Shown: piece after piece, positions 1-7,934 of the stretch | Layout: every line of letters starts with the position of its first letter | Position numbering within the stretch: position 1 is the first letter of the stretch | Assembly: GCA_035286725.1 (NCBI GenBank) | Contig: DATECV010000205.1 | Coordinates: forward strand, 1 to 60,950 | Origin: Dehalococcoidia bacterium | GTDB taxonomy: Bacteria; Chloroflexota; Dehalococcoidia; DSTF01; JACRBR01 | DNA: 60,950 bases | Direction: 5' to 3' | Made by a program: the position numbers and the translations under genes | Notes under the pieces: model-generated | What the model saw: the letters and a program-made list of their open reading frames with translations, nothing else | What the model was told of the DNA's origin: nothing | Databases searched by the model: none

Positions 1-97
1 TCGCCTTCGAAAGGTGCAAAATTGCCGAGCAAACTCCCGGCGCCCCGGTGCGCGGTCCCGAAGAACCGAAGACTGCCGAGCAATTAACCCCAAATCT

Positions 98-127
98 ATC
101 TGTGAGAATCTGTGAGAATCTGTGGTT
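98..127. repeat. Tandem 10-bp repeat ATCTGTGAGA x3 (third unit degenerate: ATCTGTGGTT), 15 nt 3' of the WYL-regulator stop
   Basis: Read directly: aatctATCTGTGAGAATCTGTGAGAATCTGTGGTTcc. A near-identical 9-bp-unit version occurs at 33128-33154. Confidence 0.85.
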
Positions 128-142
128 CCGTCGTCTCGCCAA

Positions 143-1144
143 CTACCCCGCCCGCCCCTTGCGCCCCTGCCGCGCCTCGTTTGGCGCTCGCGAGTATGTC
201 CGCGCCAGCCGCACCGCCTCCTCACGCAGCTCCTCCCGGAGCGCTGGCGGCGATAACACCTCCACCGCATCGCCCCAGCCGCGCACCCACCGCCCCAGCT
301 CCATCAGGCTCGCCACGCTGACCGTCAGCAGCGCACCGCCGTCCTCCAGCTCCTCGATCTCCTGCGACGGATGCCAGCGCGACTCCTTCACCCGCCACGC
401 CACGCCCGGCGCGAACCGCAGCCGTACCTGCATCCCCTCCCCCCAGATGATCCCCCATGCCGACGACAGCAGGCGGTCCACGTCCAGCCCGGCCGGGATC
501 TCGAAGTGCTGCGCCAGCATCTCCGCCGACACGATCCGCTCGATCTTGAACGTCCGCATCTGCTCGTGCGTCCGCGAGTACCCGATCAGGTACGTCGAGA
601 ACCCCGCCGCGCTCGGCTCCAGGAAATACGGGTCGACCACGACCTCCTTCGGCCGCGCCTTCCCCGCCGACTTGTACGAAAGCCGCAGCGAGCGCCCCTT
701 CGACCATGCCTCTGTCACCGTCATCAGGTTCCGCGAGAAGTCGGCGTCGAAGGGCTTCTTCGACAGCGCCTCCACCGCCGCTCGCACCTGCGCCCGCACC
801 GCCGGGGGCATCACCCCCGCCAGCTTCTCCAGCGCCGCCGCCCCGTGCGGCTCCAGCTCGTCGCTGTACCGCAGGAACAGCCGCGTCGCGATGAGCAGCG
901 CCCGCGCCTCCTGCAGGTTCAGAGCCAGCGGGCCCAGCCGCTCCTCCTCGGCCAGCGAATACCGCCCGTCCCGGTGCTCCAGGACGACGCCGTCCTCCCA
1001 CTGCAGCACGTTCAGGTCGCGCTGGATCGAACGCACGGTGACGCCCGTCGCGCGGGCCATCTCCGCCGGCGTGTACCCCGCCTTGCGCCCGCGCAGCAGC
1101 TCCTTCAGCCGGTTCAGCCGTACCGATCGTCGCAGCGCATCCAT
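143..1144 (-). CDS. HTH-WYL-WCX family transcriptional regulator (PafBC/BrxR/CapW-like architecture)
   Basis: 333-aa ORF. N-terminal wHTH (YTPAEMARATGVTVRSIQRDL), central WYL-type segment (KEVVVDPYFLEPSAAGFSTYLIGYS...FKIERI) and a C-terminal extension (WHPSQEIEELEDGGALLTVSV...LGRWVRGWGDAVEVLSP). Confidence 0.85.
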   Translation of the reverse strand: MDALRRSVRLNRLKELLRGRKAGYTPAEMARATGVTVRSIQRDLNVLQWEDGVVLEHRDGRYSLAEEERLGPLALNLQEARALLIATRLFLRYSDELEPHGAAALEKLAGVMPPAVRAQVRAAVEALSKKPFDADFSRNLMTVTEAWSKGRSLRLSYKSAGKARPKEVVVDPYFLEPSAAGFSTYLIGYSRTHEQMRTFKIERIVSAEMLAQHFEIPAGLDVDRLLSSAWGIIWGEGMQVRLRFAPGVAWRVKESRWHPSQEIEELEDGGALLTVSVASLMELGRWVRGWGDAVEVLSPPALREELREEAVRLARTYSRAPNEARQGRKGRAG

Positions 1145-1235
1145 GTGGCCCCAATCCTACTCGTCGTGCATTCCCGGCAGAAAGCCGCGCTTGACGACAG
1201 GCCCTGACGCCGCCCCGCCACACCATAAGCACGAC

Positions 1236-1290
1236 AGTAGCGGCGGAGCTCGGCATCGCGGCGCAAGTAGCGGCGGAGCTTGAGCTCCGC
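1236..1290. promoter_or_regulatory. Candidate operator: perfect 15-bp direct repeat AGTAGCGGCGGAGCT (1236-1250, 1266-1280), second copy embedded in the palindrome GCGGAGCT-TG-AGCTCCGC (1273-1290)
   Basis: Lies in the 205-bp divergent intergenic region between the WYL regulator and the 83-aa ORF. Repeat spacing is 30 bp, about 3 helical turns. Confidence 0.5.
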
Positions 1291-1349
1291 TCGGTGTAGT
1301 TGAAAGACAAAGCAGCGGCATCACCACCCTGCCAGAAGGAGGAGATGAC

Positions 1350-1601
1350 ATGACAAGGCTCGAGTCCGTCCAGGCGTTCCGCTATGAGATCGGCGAAGAG
1401 GTCGTCGTCCGGCTCGAACGGCACGCCGCTGGACACCCCGTTGATACGCTGGCGTGGCGCGACCTGCCGAGCTGGACCATCGCCGAGATCACCTCGCGCG
1501 ACGCCGCCGACGGCACCATCACCTACGGCATCGCCTTCCTGCTCGACGGCGCTCGCCTCACCGCTCGCATCCTCGAGTCCGCCATCGAAGGCATCGCATG
1601 A
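1350..1601 (+). CDS. Hypothetical 83-aa protein, divergent from the WYL regulator
   Basis: ATG preceded by AGGAGGAG 5-6 nt upstream. No recognisable motif. Confidence 0.55.
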   Translation: MTRLESVQAFRYEIGEEVVVRLERHAAGHPVDTLAWRDLPSWTIAEITSRDAADGTITYGIAFLLDGARLTARILESAIEGIA

Positions 1602-1618
1602 CGAAGGCAACAGCGCAC

Positions 1619-1642
1619 GTAGGGGCGCAGCCTGCTGCGCCC
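1619..1642. repeat. GC-rich palindromic REP-like element, family 2 (GTAGGGGCGCAGCCTGCTGCGCCC)
   Basis: 9-bp arms GGGCGCAGC/GCTGCGCCC in a convergent intergenic region. A second copy is at 21954-21975. Confidence 0.7.
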
Positions 1643-1709
1643 AACATGACCCCGTGCTGCACGATAGCGTCGAAGATGGACGCGTGGCGGAACGCCCGCG
1701 CCGATGCGA

Positions 1710-3197
1710 CTACGCGTCCGCGCGTCGGTGCATCGTCGCCAGCTCGTCCAGCCGCAGCCCCGTCACGCGCCCGTCCGGCGTCCGGTCGAACGCCACGTAC
1801 GCCGGGTCCGCGTCCGGAAGCTGGATCGCGAAGAACCCCGGGTCGTCGGGATCGCACGGCGTCAGCCGCACGCCCTCCTTCCACTTCCCCCACCGCGACC
1901 GCAGGACCAGCGCATCGCCGTCCCGCTCGACGTTCACGCGCCCGATGCGCGTCTGTGGCCGGAAGTTCGTCAGCGGCCCCGGCATTGGCAGTTCGTACAT
2001 CCCCGGCGCCGCGGCCAGCAGCCCCGGATCCGTCGAGCCCTCCGCATACGGCGCGTCCTCGATGCCCAACACCGCCCGGACGATCCGCCGGAACACCGGC
2101 GCTGGTTCGTCCATCATGATGTTCAGGTGTTGCACGATCCCGATGTTCGCCTCCGGCAGCACGTCCAGGTGCGAGTTCCACCCCCCGAAGTACGCCCCGC
2201 CGTGCCCCAGCAGCGTCCGCCAGGCCGCGGGCCGCTCGCCGCTCACGCGCAGCGGCGTACGCGCGATCGACAGCCCCCAGCTCACCATCCGCCCGTCGTC
2301 GCCGCGGTGCGACGCCGTCATCGCCTCGAACGTCTCCGCTCGCACGATCCTTGCCCCGCCGCGCAGCAGCGCCGAAGCGTACTTCCCCATGTCCGGTACC
2401 GTCGACTGCACGCCGCCGGCCGCCCGCATCCCCTGGTTGAAGTCCGCCGTGAACTTCCCGCGGATGTTGTGCCCGTCCACGGTCGGTTCGTCCTTCACCA
2501 CCACGCCCGCGCGCTCCAGTTGGAAGCGGTTGTCTTCGTTGGGGGGCCGGTGATAGCACGTCGTGATCCGCTCGTCGTTCTGGTCCAGGATGTCCGTCGA
2601 CGTCATCCCCAGCGGCCCCCAGATCCGGCGCTGCATCACCTCCTGCAGCGATGCATCCTCGGCTCGTACGATGATCTCGCCCAGCAGCCCGTACCCGTTG
2701 TTGCAGTACGCCCACTTCGCCCCGGGCTCCACCTCCACGACGATCCCGTTCGGGTACAGCGTCGAGAAATCGCCGGGCGTGTTCACTGCCGCCCGGTCCG
2801 GATTCGCCGCGTCCGCCAGCCGCTCCCGCGTCGGCGCTTCGCCGATGCCGGACGTGTGCGAGAGCAGGTGCCGCACCGTCATCCCCTCCGCCGGTCCGTG
2901 AAACGTGACCTCGGGCAACAGCTCGACCACGCGCCCGTCCAGCGAGAGCTTCCCCTCGTCGACCAGCGCCATCGCGCACAGCCCTACCATCGTCTTCGTG
3001 ATCGATGCGATCCGCTGCCGGCGTTCCGGCTGCATGGGCTCTCCGGACTCGATGTCCGCCAGCCCGAAGCCCTCGCTGAACACCAGCTCGTTGCCCTCCA
3101 CCACCCCGATGCTGATGCCGGGTACGTGGTATCGGGCCAGGATCTCGGCTGCTGCGTCGCGGACGCGGCTCGCCGCCGCTGCGTCGAACGTGGCCAT
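1710..3197 (-). CDS. Serine hydrolase, beta-lactamase/DD-peptidase (class C-like) family
   Basis: 495-aa ORF with S-x-x-K motif (ASITKTM) in the typical N-terminal context (GISIGVVEGNELVFSEGFGLAD). Confidence 0.85.
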   Translation of the reverse strand: MATFDAAAASRVRDAAAEILARYHVPGISIGVVEGNELVFSEGFGLADIESGEPMQPERRQRIASITKTMVGLCAMALVDEGKLSLDGRVVELLPEVTFHGPAEGMTVRHLLSHTSGIGEAPTRERLADAANPDRAAVNTPGDFSTLYPNGIVVEVEPGAKWAYCNNGYGLLGEIIVRAEDASLQEVMQRRIWGPLGMTSTDILDQNDERITTCYHRPPNEDNRFQLERAGVVVKDEPTVDGHNIRGKFTADFNQGMRAAGGVQSTVPDMGKYASALLRGGARIVRAETFEAMTASHRGDDGRMVSWGLSIARTPLRVSGERPAAWRTLLGHGGAYFGGWNSHLDVLPEANIGIVQHLNIMMDEPAPVFRRIVRAVLGIEDAPYAEGSTDPGLLAAAPGMYELPMPGPLTNFRPQTRIGRVNVERDGDALVLRSRWGKWKEGVRLTPCDPDDPGFFAIQLPDADPAYVAFDRTPDGRVTGLRLDELATMHRRADA

Positions 3198-3242
3198 CGC
3201 TTCCTCCGTGCCACGAAGACTACGCCGGGAAAGCGCCCCGGT

Positions 3243-4877
3243 CTAGCGCTTCCCCGGTCCGTAGACCGCGCGCCCGGAAAACGCCCCTGTGTGCGCCCCG
3301 TCGCGGAGCACCGGCGTCCCGTTCACGATGACGTCGCGCACGCCCACCGCGTAGCTGTGCGGCTCCTGGTACGTCGCCGTGTCCGCCACCGTCGCCGGGT
3401 CGAACACGACGATGTCCGCGAAGAAGCCCGCTTCCAGGCGTCCGCGCCCGTCGAGTCCGAGGTTCTCCGCGGGAAACCGTGTCAGCCGCCGGATCGCCTC
3501 CGCCAACGGCGCCAGCCCCTCGTCCCGAACGTAGTGGCCCAGGAGTCGCGCGAACGTCCCGTACGCTCGCGGGTGCGTCGATGCGTTGAGAAACGCGCCC
3601 TCCGCCGCCGTCGAGGGCGAGTCCGATCCGAACGCCATCCACGGCAGCGCCACCTGCTTCCGCACGTTCTCCTCGGAGATCATGAAGTACGCCGTCGTCA
3701 CCCGCGACCGGTCCTTCGCCACCAGATCCATGATCGCGTCGATCGGGTCGACGCCCATCATCGACGCGATCTCCGTCAGCGTCTTCCCCTGGTACGCGCG
3801 GTTCTCTTCTTTGCGGACCGAAAGGACCAGCACGTTGTCGGCGCCTCTGCACCGTCCGTACAGGTTCTCCCAGCCGTCGTCCGAACCCTCGATCGCCGCG
3901 CGGATCTCTCGTCGCGCCCCCGCGTCTGCCAGCCGTTCGAACAGCTTCAGCGGGCCCCCGTCGTGAAACCACGGTGGTATGCAGTTGGAGAGCCCCGTCG
4001 CCCCCGCTGTATACGTGTACATGTCCGCCGTGATCGCGTCGCCCGCCGCCCGTGCCGCCTCCACCACCTCGATCGCCGCGTCGATCTTGTCCCAGTTCGC
4101 CGTCCCCGCCGCCTTCAGGTGGTAGATCTCCGCCGGAACGCCGCCCTCGCGCCCGATCCGCAGCAGCTCGTCGATCGCCTCCAGCAGTTCGTTGCTCTCG
4201 TTCCGCATGTGCGAGATGTACTTCCCCGCGTATGGAGCCGCCGTCCGGCAAAGCTCGATCAGCTCCCCCGTCGAGGCGAAGAACGCAGGCGGGTAGATCA
4301 GCGACGACCCGATGCCCAGCGCCCCGGCCGACATCTCGTCCCGCACCAGGCCGCGCATCGTATCCATCTCGGCGTCAGTGGGCGGCCGGTCATCCAGCCC
4401 CACCGCGTACGTCCGCAGCGTCGTCGCCCCGATGTACGACGCGACGTTCTGCGAGATCCCGCACTTCTCGGCGTGCTGCAGGTACTCCGCCAGCGAATGC
4501 CACGTCACATCCACCGGCATGTCGCCTTCGAGCATGCTCTTCTTCATGCGTCCGTGCATGTCCGGCGTCAGCGGCCCCATCGAGTTGCCCTCGCCGAAGA
4601 CCTGCAGCGTCACGCCCTGCTTCAGCTCTCCCAGCGACCGCGGGTCCTGAAGGATCGTCATGTACGAGTGGCTGAGCATGTTGATGAAGCCGGGCGCCAC
4701 GGCCAGGCCCGTCGCGTCCACGACAGTCGCCGCGCGGGCGTGCGAAAGTGGCCCGACGGCGGCGATCCGGTCGCCCGAAACACCGATGTCCGATCGGAAG
4801 GGCGGGCTACCGCTCCCGTCGTACACGGTCCCGTTGCGGATCAGGAGATCGAACGTTGATTCCGGCTCGTCAGTCAT
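3243..4877 (-). CDS. N-acyl-D-amino-acid deacylase (D-aminoacylase) family amidohydrolase
   Basis: N-terminus FDLLIRNGTVYDGSGSPPFRSDIGVSGDRIAAVG is typical of D-aminoacylases. Start set at MTDEPE (4877), giving an ATGA overlap with the upstream cyclase stop. The ORF-track start at 4895 is an alternative. Confidence 0.85.
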   Translation of the reverse strand: MTDEPESTFDLLIRNGTVYDGSGSPPFRSDIGVSGDRIAAVGPLSHARAATVVDATGLAVAPGFINMLSHSYMTILQDPRSLGELKQGVTLQVFGEGNSMGPLTPDMHGRMKKSMLEGDMPVDVTWHSLAEYLQHAEKCGISQNVASYIGATTLRTYAVGLDDRPPTDAEMDTMRGLVRDEMSAGALGIGSSLIYPPAFFASTGELIELCRTAAPYAGKYISHMRNESNELLEAIDELLRIGREGGVPAEIYHLKAAGTANWDKIDAAIEVVEAARAAGDAITADMYTYTAGATGLSNCIPPWFHDGGPLKLFERLADAGARREIRAAIEGSDDGWENLYGRCRGADNVLVLSVRKEENRAYQGKTLTEIASMMGVDPIDAIMDLVAKDRSRVTTAYFMISEENVRKQVALPWMAFGSDSPSTAAEGAFLNASTHPRAYGTFARLLGHYVRDEGLAPLAEAIRRLTRFPAENLGLDGRGRLEAGFFADIVVFDPATVADTATYQEPHSYAVGVRDVIVNGTPVLRDGAHTGAFSGRAVYGPGKR

Positions 4878-6274
4878 CCGCCGTCTCGGCGCCAACGCAC
4901 GTCGTACACCCGCACGGGATCCTCGAACCCGCGCAGCTCCGCCATGCCCTTGTCGGAGAAGAGGAAGCCCTTGCCCGCCACAAGCTGCCGCACCACGTCC
5001 GTCGTCAGGATTTCACCGGGTTCCGCTCGTGCGCAGACGCGCGCGGCCAGCTGCACCGCGGTCCCGAACAGGTCGTCGCCTTCGGCGACCGGTTCGCCGG
5101 CGTTGATCCCGATGCGGATCGAGACCGGCGTCTCGGGAGCCGCCTCGTTCCGCTGCCCGAACGCGCGCTGGATGCTCACGGCGCACTCCACGGCTCCCGA
5201 AGCCGTCGGAAAGGATGCCATGATGCCGTCGCCCGTGTGCTTGACCCGCCTCCCGCCGTGGCGTTCCAGCGCGTCCTCGACGATGTCGTTGTGCATCCGC
5301 ACCAGCTCCTGCGCCCGCACATCGCCCAGCCGCTGCGTGAACGCCGTCGACTCCTGCATGTCCGTGAACATGATCGTCCGGAACGTTACGCCCTGGTCGC
5401 TCGATCCGTCCGCGTGCCGGTGCCGCTGCTGTTGCAGTTGCACCAGCGTGTCCTCCGCCCGCACGCCCATGAAATCGGTGAACAGGTCCAGCGTGGCGCG
5501 AAGGTCGCCCATGTATGGCGAGAGCGATTCACCCGGCAGGACGGCGAGCCTCGCGTTCGGGATCGTCGCCGCCACCCGCTTCGACACCTCGACATCCAGC
5601 AGGGCGAAGTCCCGGCGATGCACAACGAGTGTCGGCGCCTGTACCCGCGGCAGCAGCGATCGCACGTCGTTGTGTTCGGCGCCTTCCCAGCAACTTCGGA
5701 ACGTCTCGTACGACATGCTCCCCTGCATGTACTGCGCCATCCGGTGCGCCGCCTCGCCGGAGTCCCATCCGAACACCGTGTGTGCCAGCGTCTCCGTAAA
5801 CAGGTTGTAGTCCAGGTCGCGGAGCCGATCCAGCGCTTCCTGGGTCGGGTTGTCATGGACACCGTCTTCGCCGTACGGCACCGGGCACCACAGGATCAGG
5901 TGCGAAACCCTCTCGGGATGCTGGACGGCGTACGTGATGGCGATCTGCGCGTTGTAGTACAGCCCGAACAGCACGAACCGGTCCAGCCCCAGGCGATCCA
6001 CCACCGCCTCGAGGTCCAGGATGTGTGTGTCGAGGTCGATCCTGTCCACGTCGCGGGTGGAGAGGCCCGCTCCGCGATTGTCATAACGGATGATGCGGAA
6101 CGTCTCGTTGAGGTGCTCGTAGTAGTGCCGCCACTCCGGTATCTGCCACTCTTCCTGCACGTTGCTCCACGGCAGTGCTGGTGGCGGATTCACGAGCGGA
6201 ATCCCCTCGCCGATCGTGGCGTAGGCGATACTAACCCCGTCGTCGGTCGTCGCGTACTCGATCCGCGGGTCCAT
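4874..6274 (-). CDS. Alpha/beta-hydrolase domain fused to a class III adenylate/guanylate cyclase domain
   Basis: The C-terminal half has cyclase motifs (FRTIMFTDMQESTAF...KHTGDGIMASF...IRIGINAGEPV...GTAVQLAARV). The N-terminal half is alpha/beta-hydrolase-like. Start chosen at MDPRIEY (6274), because the upstream 96 codons of the track ORF look non-coding. Confidence 0.85.
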   Translation of the reverse strand: MDPRIEYATTDDGVSIAYATIGEGIPLVNPPPALPWSNVQEEWQIPEWRHYYEHLNETFRIIRYDNRGAGLSTRDVDRIDLDTHILDLEAVVDRLGLDRFVLFGLYYNAQIAITYAVQHPERVSHLILWCPVPYGEDGVHDNPTQEALDRLRDLDYNLFTETLAHTVFGWDSGEAAHRMAQYMQGSMSYETFRSCWEGAEHNDVRSLLPRVQAPTLVVHRRDFALLDVEVSKRVAATIPNARLAVLPGESLSPYMGDLRATLDLFTDFMGVRAEDTLVQLQQQRHRHADGSSDQGVTFRTIMFTDMQESTAFTQRLGDVRAQELVRMHNDIVEDALERHGGRRVKHTGDGIMASFPTASGAVECAVSIQRAFGQRNEAAPETPVSIRIGINAGEPVAEGDDLFGTAVQLAARVCARAEPGEILTTDVVRQLVAGKGFLFSDKGMAELRGFEDPVRVYDVRWRRDGG

Positions 6275-6411
6275 GCAAAGCAGGGTAGCAGGTCTGCCCC
6301 GCCGCGTGGACAGGAGGCAGTTCCTGCGTTTTGCGCAGACTCGATGCGTCGCCCAGCGTGCGCGGAAGGTCGCTACCAACGGCCGATCCCGCACGGGGCA
6401 CGGCAAAGAAA

Positions 6412-6442
6412 TGCGAAAGAAAAGCCCGCCGGGCGGCGGGCT
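6412..6442 (-). terminator. Rho-independent terminator (stem AGCCCGCC/GGCGGGCT, loop GCCC, then TTTTCTTTCG on the minus strand)
   Basis: Read directly. It sits 10 nt downstream (minus strand) of the duplicated tRNA-Asp 3' end and is probably the ancestral tRNA-Asp terminator. Confidence 0.7.
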
Positions 6443-6452
6443 AGTGTTGCGT

Positions 6453-6471
6453 GCTGGCGACCCCGAAGGGA
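6453..6471. repeat. 19-bp direct repeat GCTGGCGACCCCGAAGGGA (distal att-like copy of the tRNA-Asp 3' end)
   Basis: Identical to 9625-9643, which is the 3' acceptor/T-stem of tRNA-Asp plus 2 nt. Confidence 0.9.
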
Positions 6472-6593
6472 ACGGGGGCCATCGAAGACACAAGCGAGCC
6501 AAGATTGACCCGAGGCTGGAGCGGTGGGGCATCACGGTCGTGCCGCTTTGGTCTCGCCGCACCGCCGAGAGCGAAACAACCTAAGATAACTGC

Positions 6594-7130
6594 ATGAGTA
6601 CGCTGAACAACAACAGGCTGATTCTCATCAGCGGAGCCATCGCAAGCGGCAAGACCACCCTTGCGTCGCGTTTAGCCGCGCGGGCGCGAGCGAGCAGCGT
6701 CCCAGCAGCGTCCATCGACATGGACGAGTTGATAAATGTGGCCGCCGGGCGGGACTGGAGCAGAATCACCAACACAGACAGACGCCTAGCAAGCGAGCTA
6801 GCAGCAGAAATCGCGCAATGGCTCTTCGCAAGAGACTACAGGTTCATTGCCATTGCTGGCTCCACCGTGTCGTCGCGCGAGTGGCAACAAGTTCTCAATC
6901 GTTTCCGTCTGACAGCGCGGAGCACCCGCGTCCTGCTCCGTGTATCGGTCGCTGAAGCTGTGCAAAGAGCGCGACAGGACCAAACGCGCGTCGCAACGCG
7001 AAGACCCGCTGTCCTCGCGCAACTTCATGCCGCCATCGATTGGTCTGATGTACCGGAGCCGGACATCGAACTGGACACTGACGGTTTGGGTCAGGATGAG
7101 GTGGCAGACACGGTCTGGCGCAAACTCTGA
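6594..7130 (+). CDS. P-loop NTPase/kinase (AAA_33 / zeta-toxin-like fold)
   Basis: Walker A ISGAIASGKTT near the N-terminus. 178 aa, in the lower-GC stretch. Confidence 0.7.
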   Translation: MSTLNNNRLILISGAIASGKTTLASRLAARARASSVPAASIDMDELINVAAGRDWSRITNTDRRLASELAAEIAQWLFARDYRFIAIAGSTVSSREWQQVLNRFRLTARSTRVLLRVSVAEAVQRARQDQTRVATRRPAVLAQLHAAIDWSDVPEPDIELDTDGLGQDEVADTVWRKL

Positions 7131-7327
7131 GGCCTTAGGGGAATGCGTATGGCCCCCCGGGTGCTGGGGGAAGTGGCGATCATTGCTGGACATAACACCT
7201 CAGCTACTTGGGGTGGCTGCACCCGGGGAGTCTCTCCGTGACATATCAAGTCGGGCCTTAGAGGGCCGAACATCCTGAAGAACTAGCTTGCTGGCGAGAC
7301 CGCACCGGAAACGCGCCGCTGCGGCGC

Positions 7328-7921
7328 ATGACGAGCGAAGGTGGGTGCAGGTTGCTGAATCGTATTCTTGGCGCCGCTGCTGTGATTGGCCTCGTTGGAG
7401 CGTTCTTTGGCTCGGGTGGCCTCGCGCTCTTTACCGACACGCAGAGCGTGGGCTCGAATACATTCACGACGGGTACGGTCGACATATCGTCCTCTCCGAC
7501 CACCGCACTTGTCACGTTTAGCGCGATGGCGCCGGGGGACCAGGTAACCGCGCCGATCACCGTGAACAACGCTGGAACGATGCAGTTCCGGTATGCCGTC
7601 ACGAGCACGACGACGGAGAACGTGCTCGCAGCAGAGCTCGACATGACGATTAAGTCTGGCGTGACGACCTGCACCACAGGCGGCTTCTCCGCCGATGGAA
7701 CCGTCGTGTACGCGACGGGTGACCTGGGCAGCACGGCCGGCGTCAATGTCATCGGTAACCCTGCACAGGGAACCCACGCCGGCGACCGCGTCCTCGCCGC
7801 TTCGGCGAGCGAGATCCTGTGCTTCAATGTGAGCTTGCCGCTGGGAGCGACGAACGCATCGCAAGGGCTGACGTCGACAGCCACGCTCGCCTTCGCGGCG
7901 GAACAGACCGCGAACAACTAG
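7328..7921 (+). CDS. TasA/camelysin (Peptidase_M73)-like secreted protein with SipW-class signal peptide
   Basis: The motif order matches Bacillus TasA. Signal peptide ending GGLALFTDTQ, then NTFTTGTVDI, then APGDQVTAPITVNNAGT, with C-terminal TATLAFAAEQT. Confidence 0.8.
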   Translation: MTSEGGCRLLNRILGAAAVIGLVGAFFGSGGLALFTDTQSVGSNTFTTGTVDISSSPTTALVTFSAMAPGDQVTAPITVNNAGTMQFRYAVTSTTTENVLAAELDMTIKSGVTTCTTGGFSADGTVVYATGDLGSTAGVNVIGNPAQGTHAGDRVLAASASEILCFNVSLPLGATNASQGLTSTATLAFAAEQTANN

Positions 7922-7934
7922 CCGGAGGAGCCGA

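Noticed and set aside
1704-4859. Very long ORFs in the track (1051 aa at 1704-4859 plus strand; also 222-1610, 35282-37000, 48203-50011, 9678-10889 and others)
   Set aside because: They run antisense or out of frame to genes with clear family motifs. Their translations are Arg/Pro/His-rich and low-complexity, which is typical of stop-poor alternative frames in high-GC DNA.
6454-6545. Possible second tRNA or pseudo-tRNA sharing both ends with tRNA-Asp
   Set aside because: No D, anticodon or T arms can be drawn by hand and the T-loop consensus is absent. I treat it as an att-site remnant (see findings). tRNAscan-SE in pseudogene mode would settle this.
4874-6562. N-terminal extensions offered by the ORF track (cyclase to 6562, HIT protein to 18477, hppA to 24371, SBP to 11588, small protein to 18578)
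   Set aside because: The extensions are low-complexity and lack SDs. Internal starts coincide with SD motifs, signal peptides or family N-termini.
6594-7130. Zeta-toxin/epsilon-type toxin-antitoxin reading of the P-loop kinase
   Set aside because: No small antitoxin ORF is adjacent, and only a generic Walker A motif is visible, so the family cannot be narrowed from the sequence.
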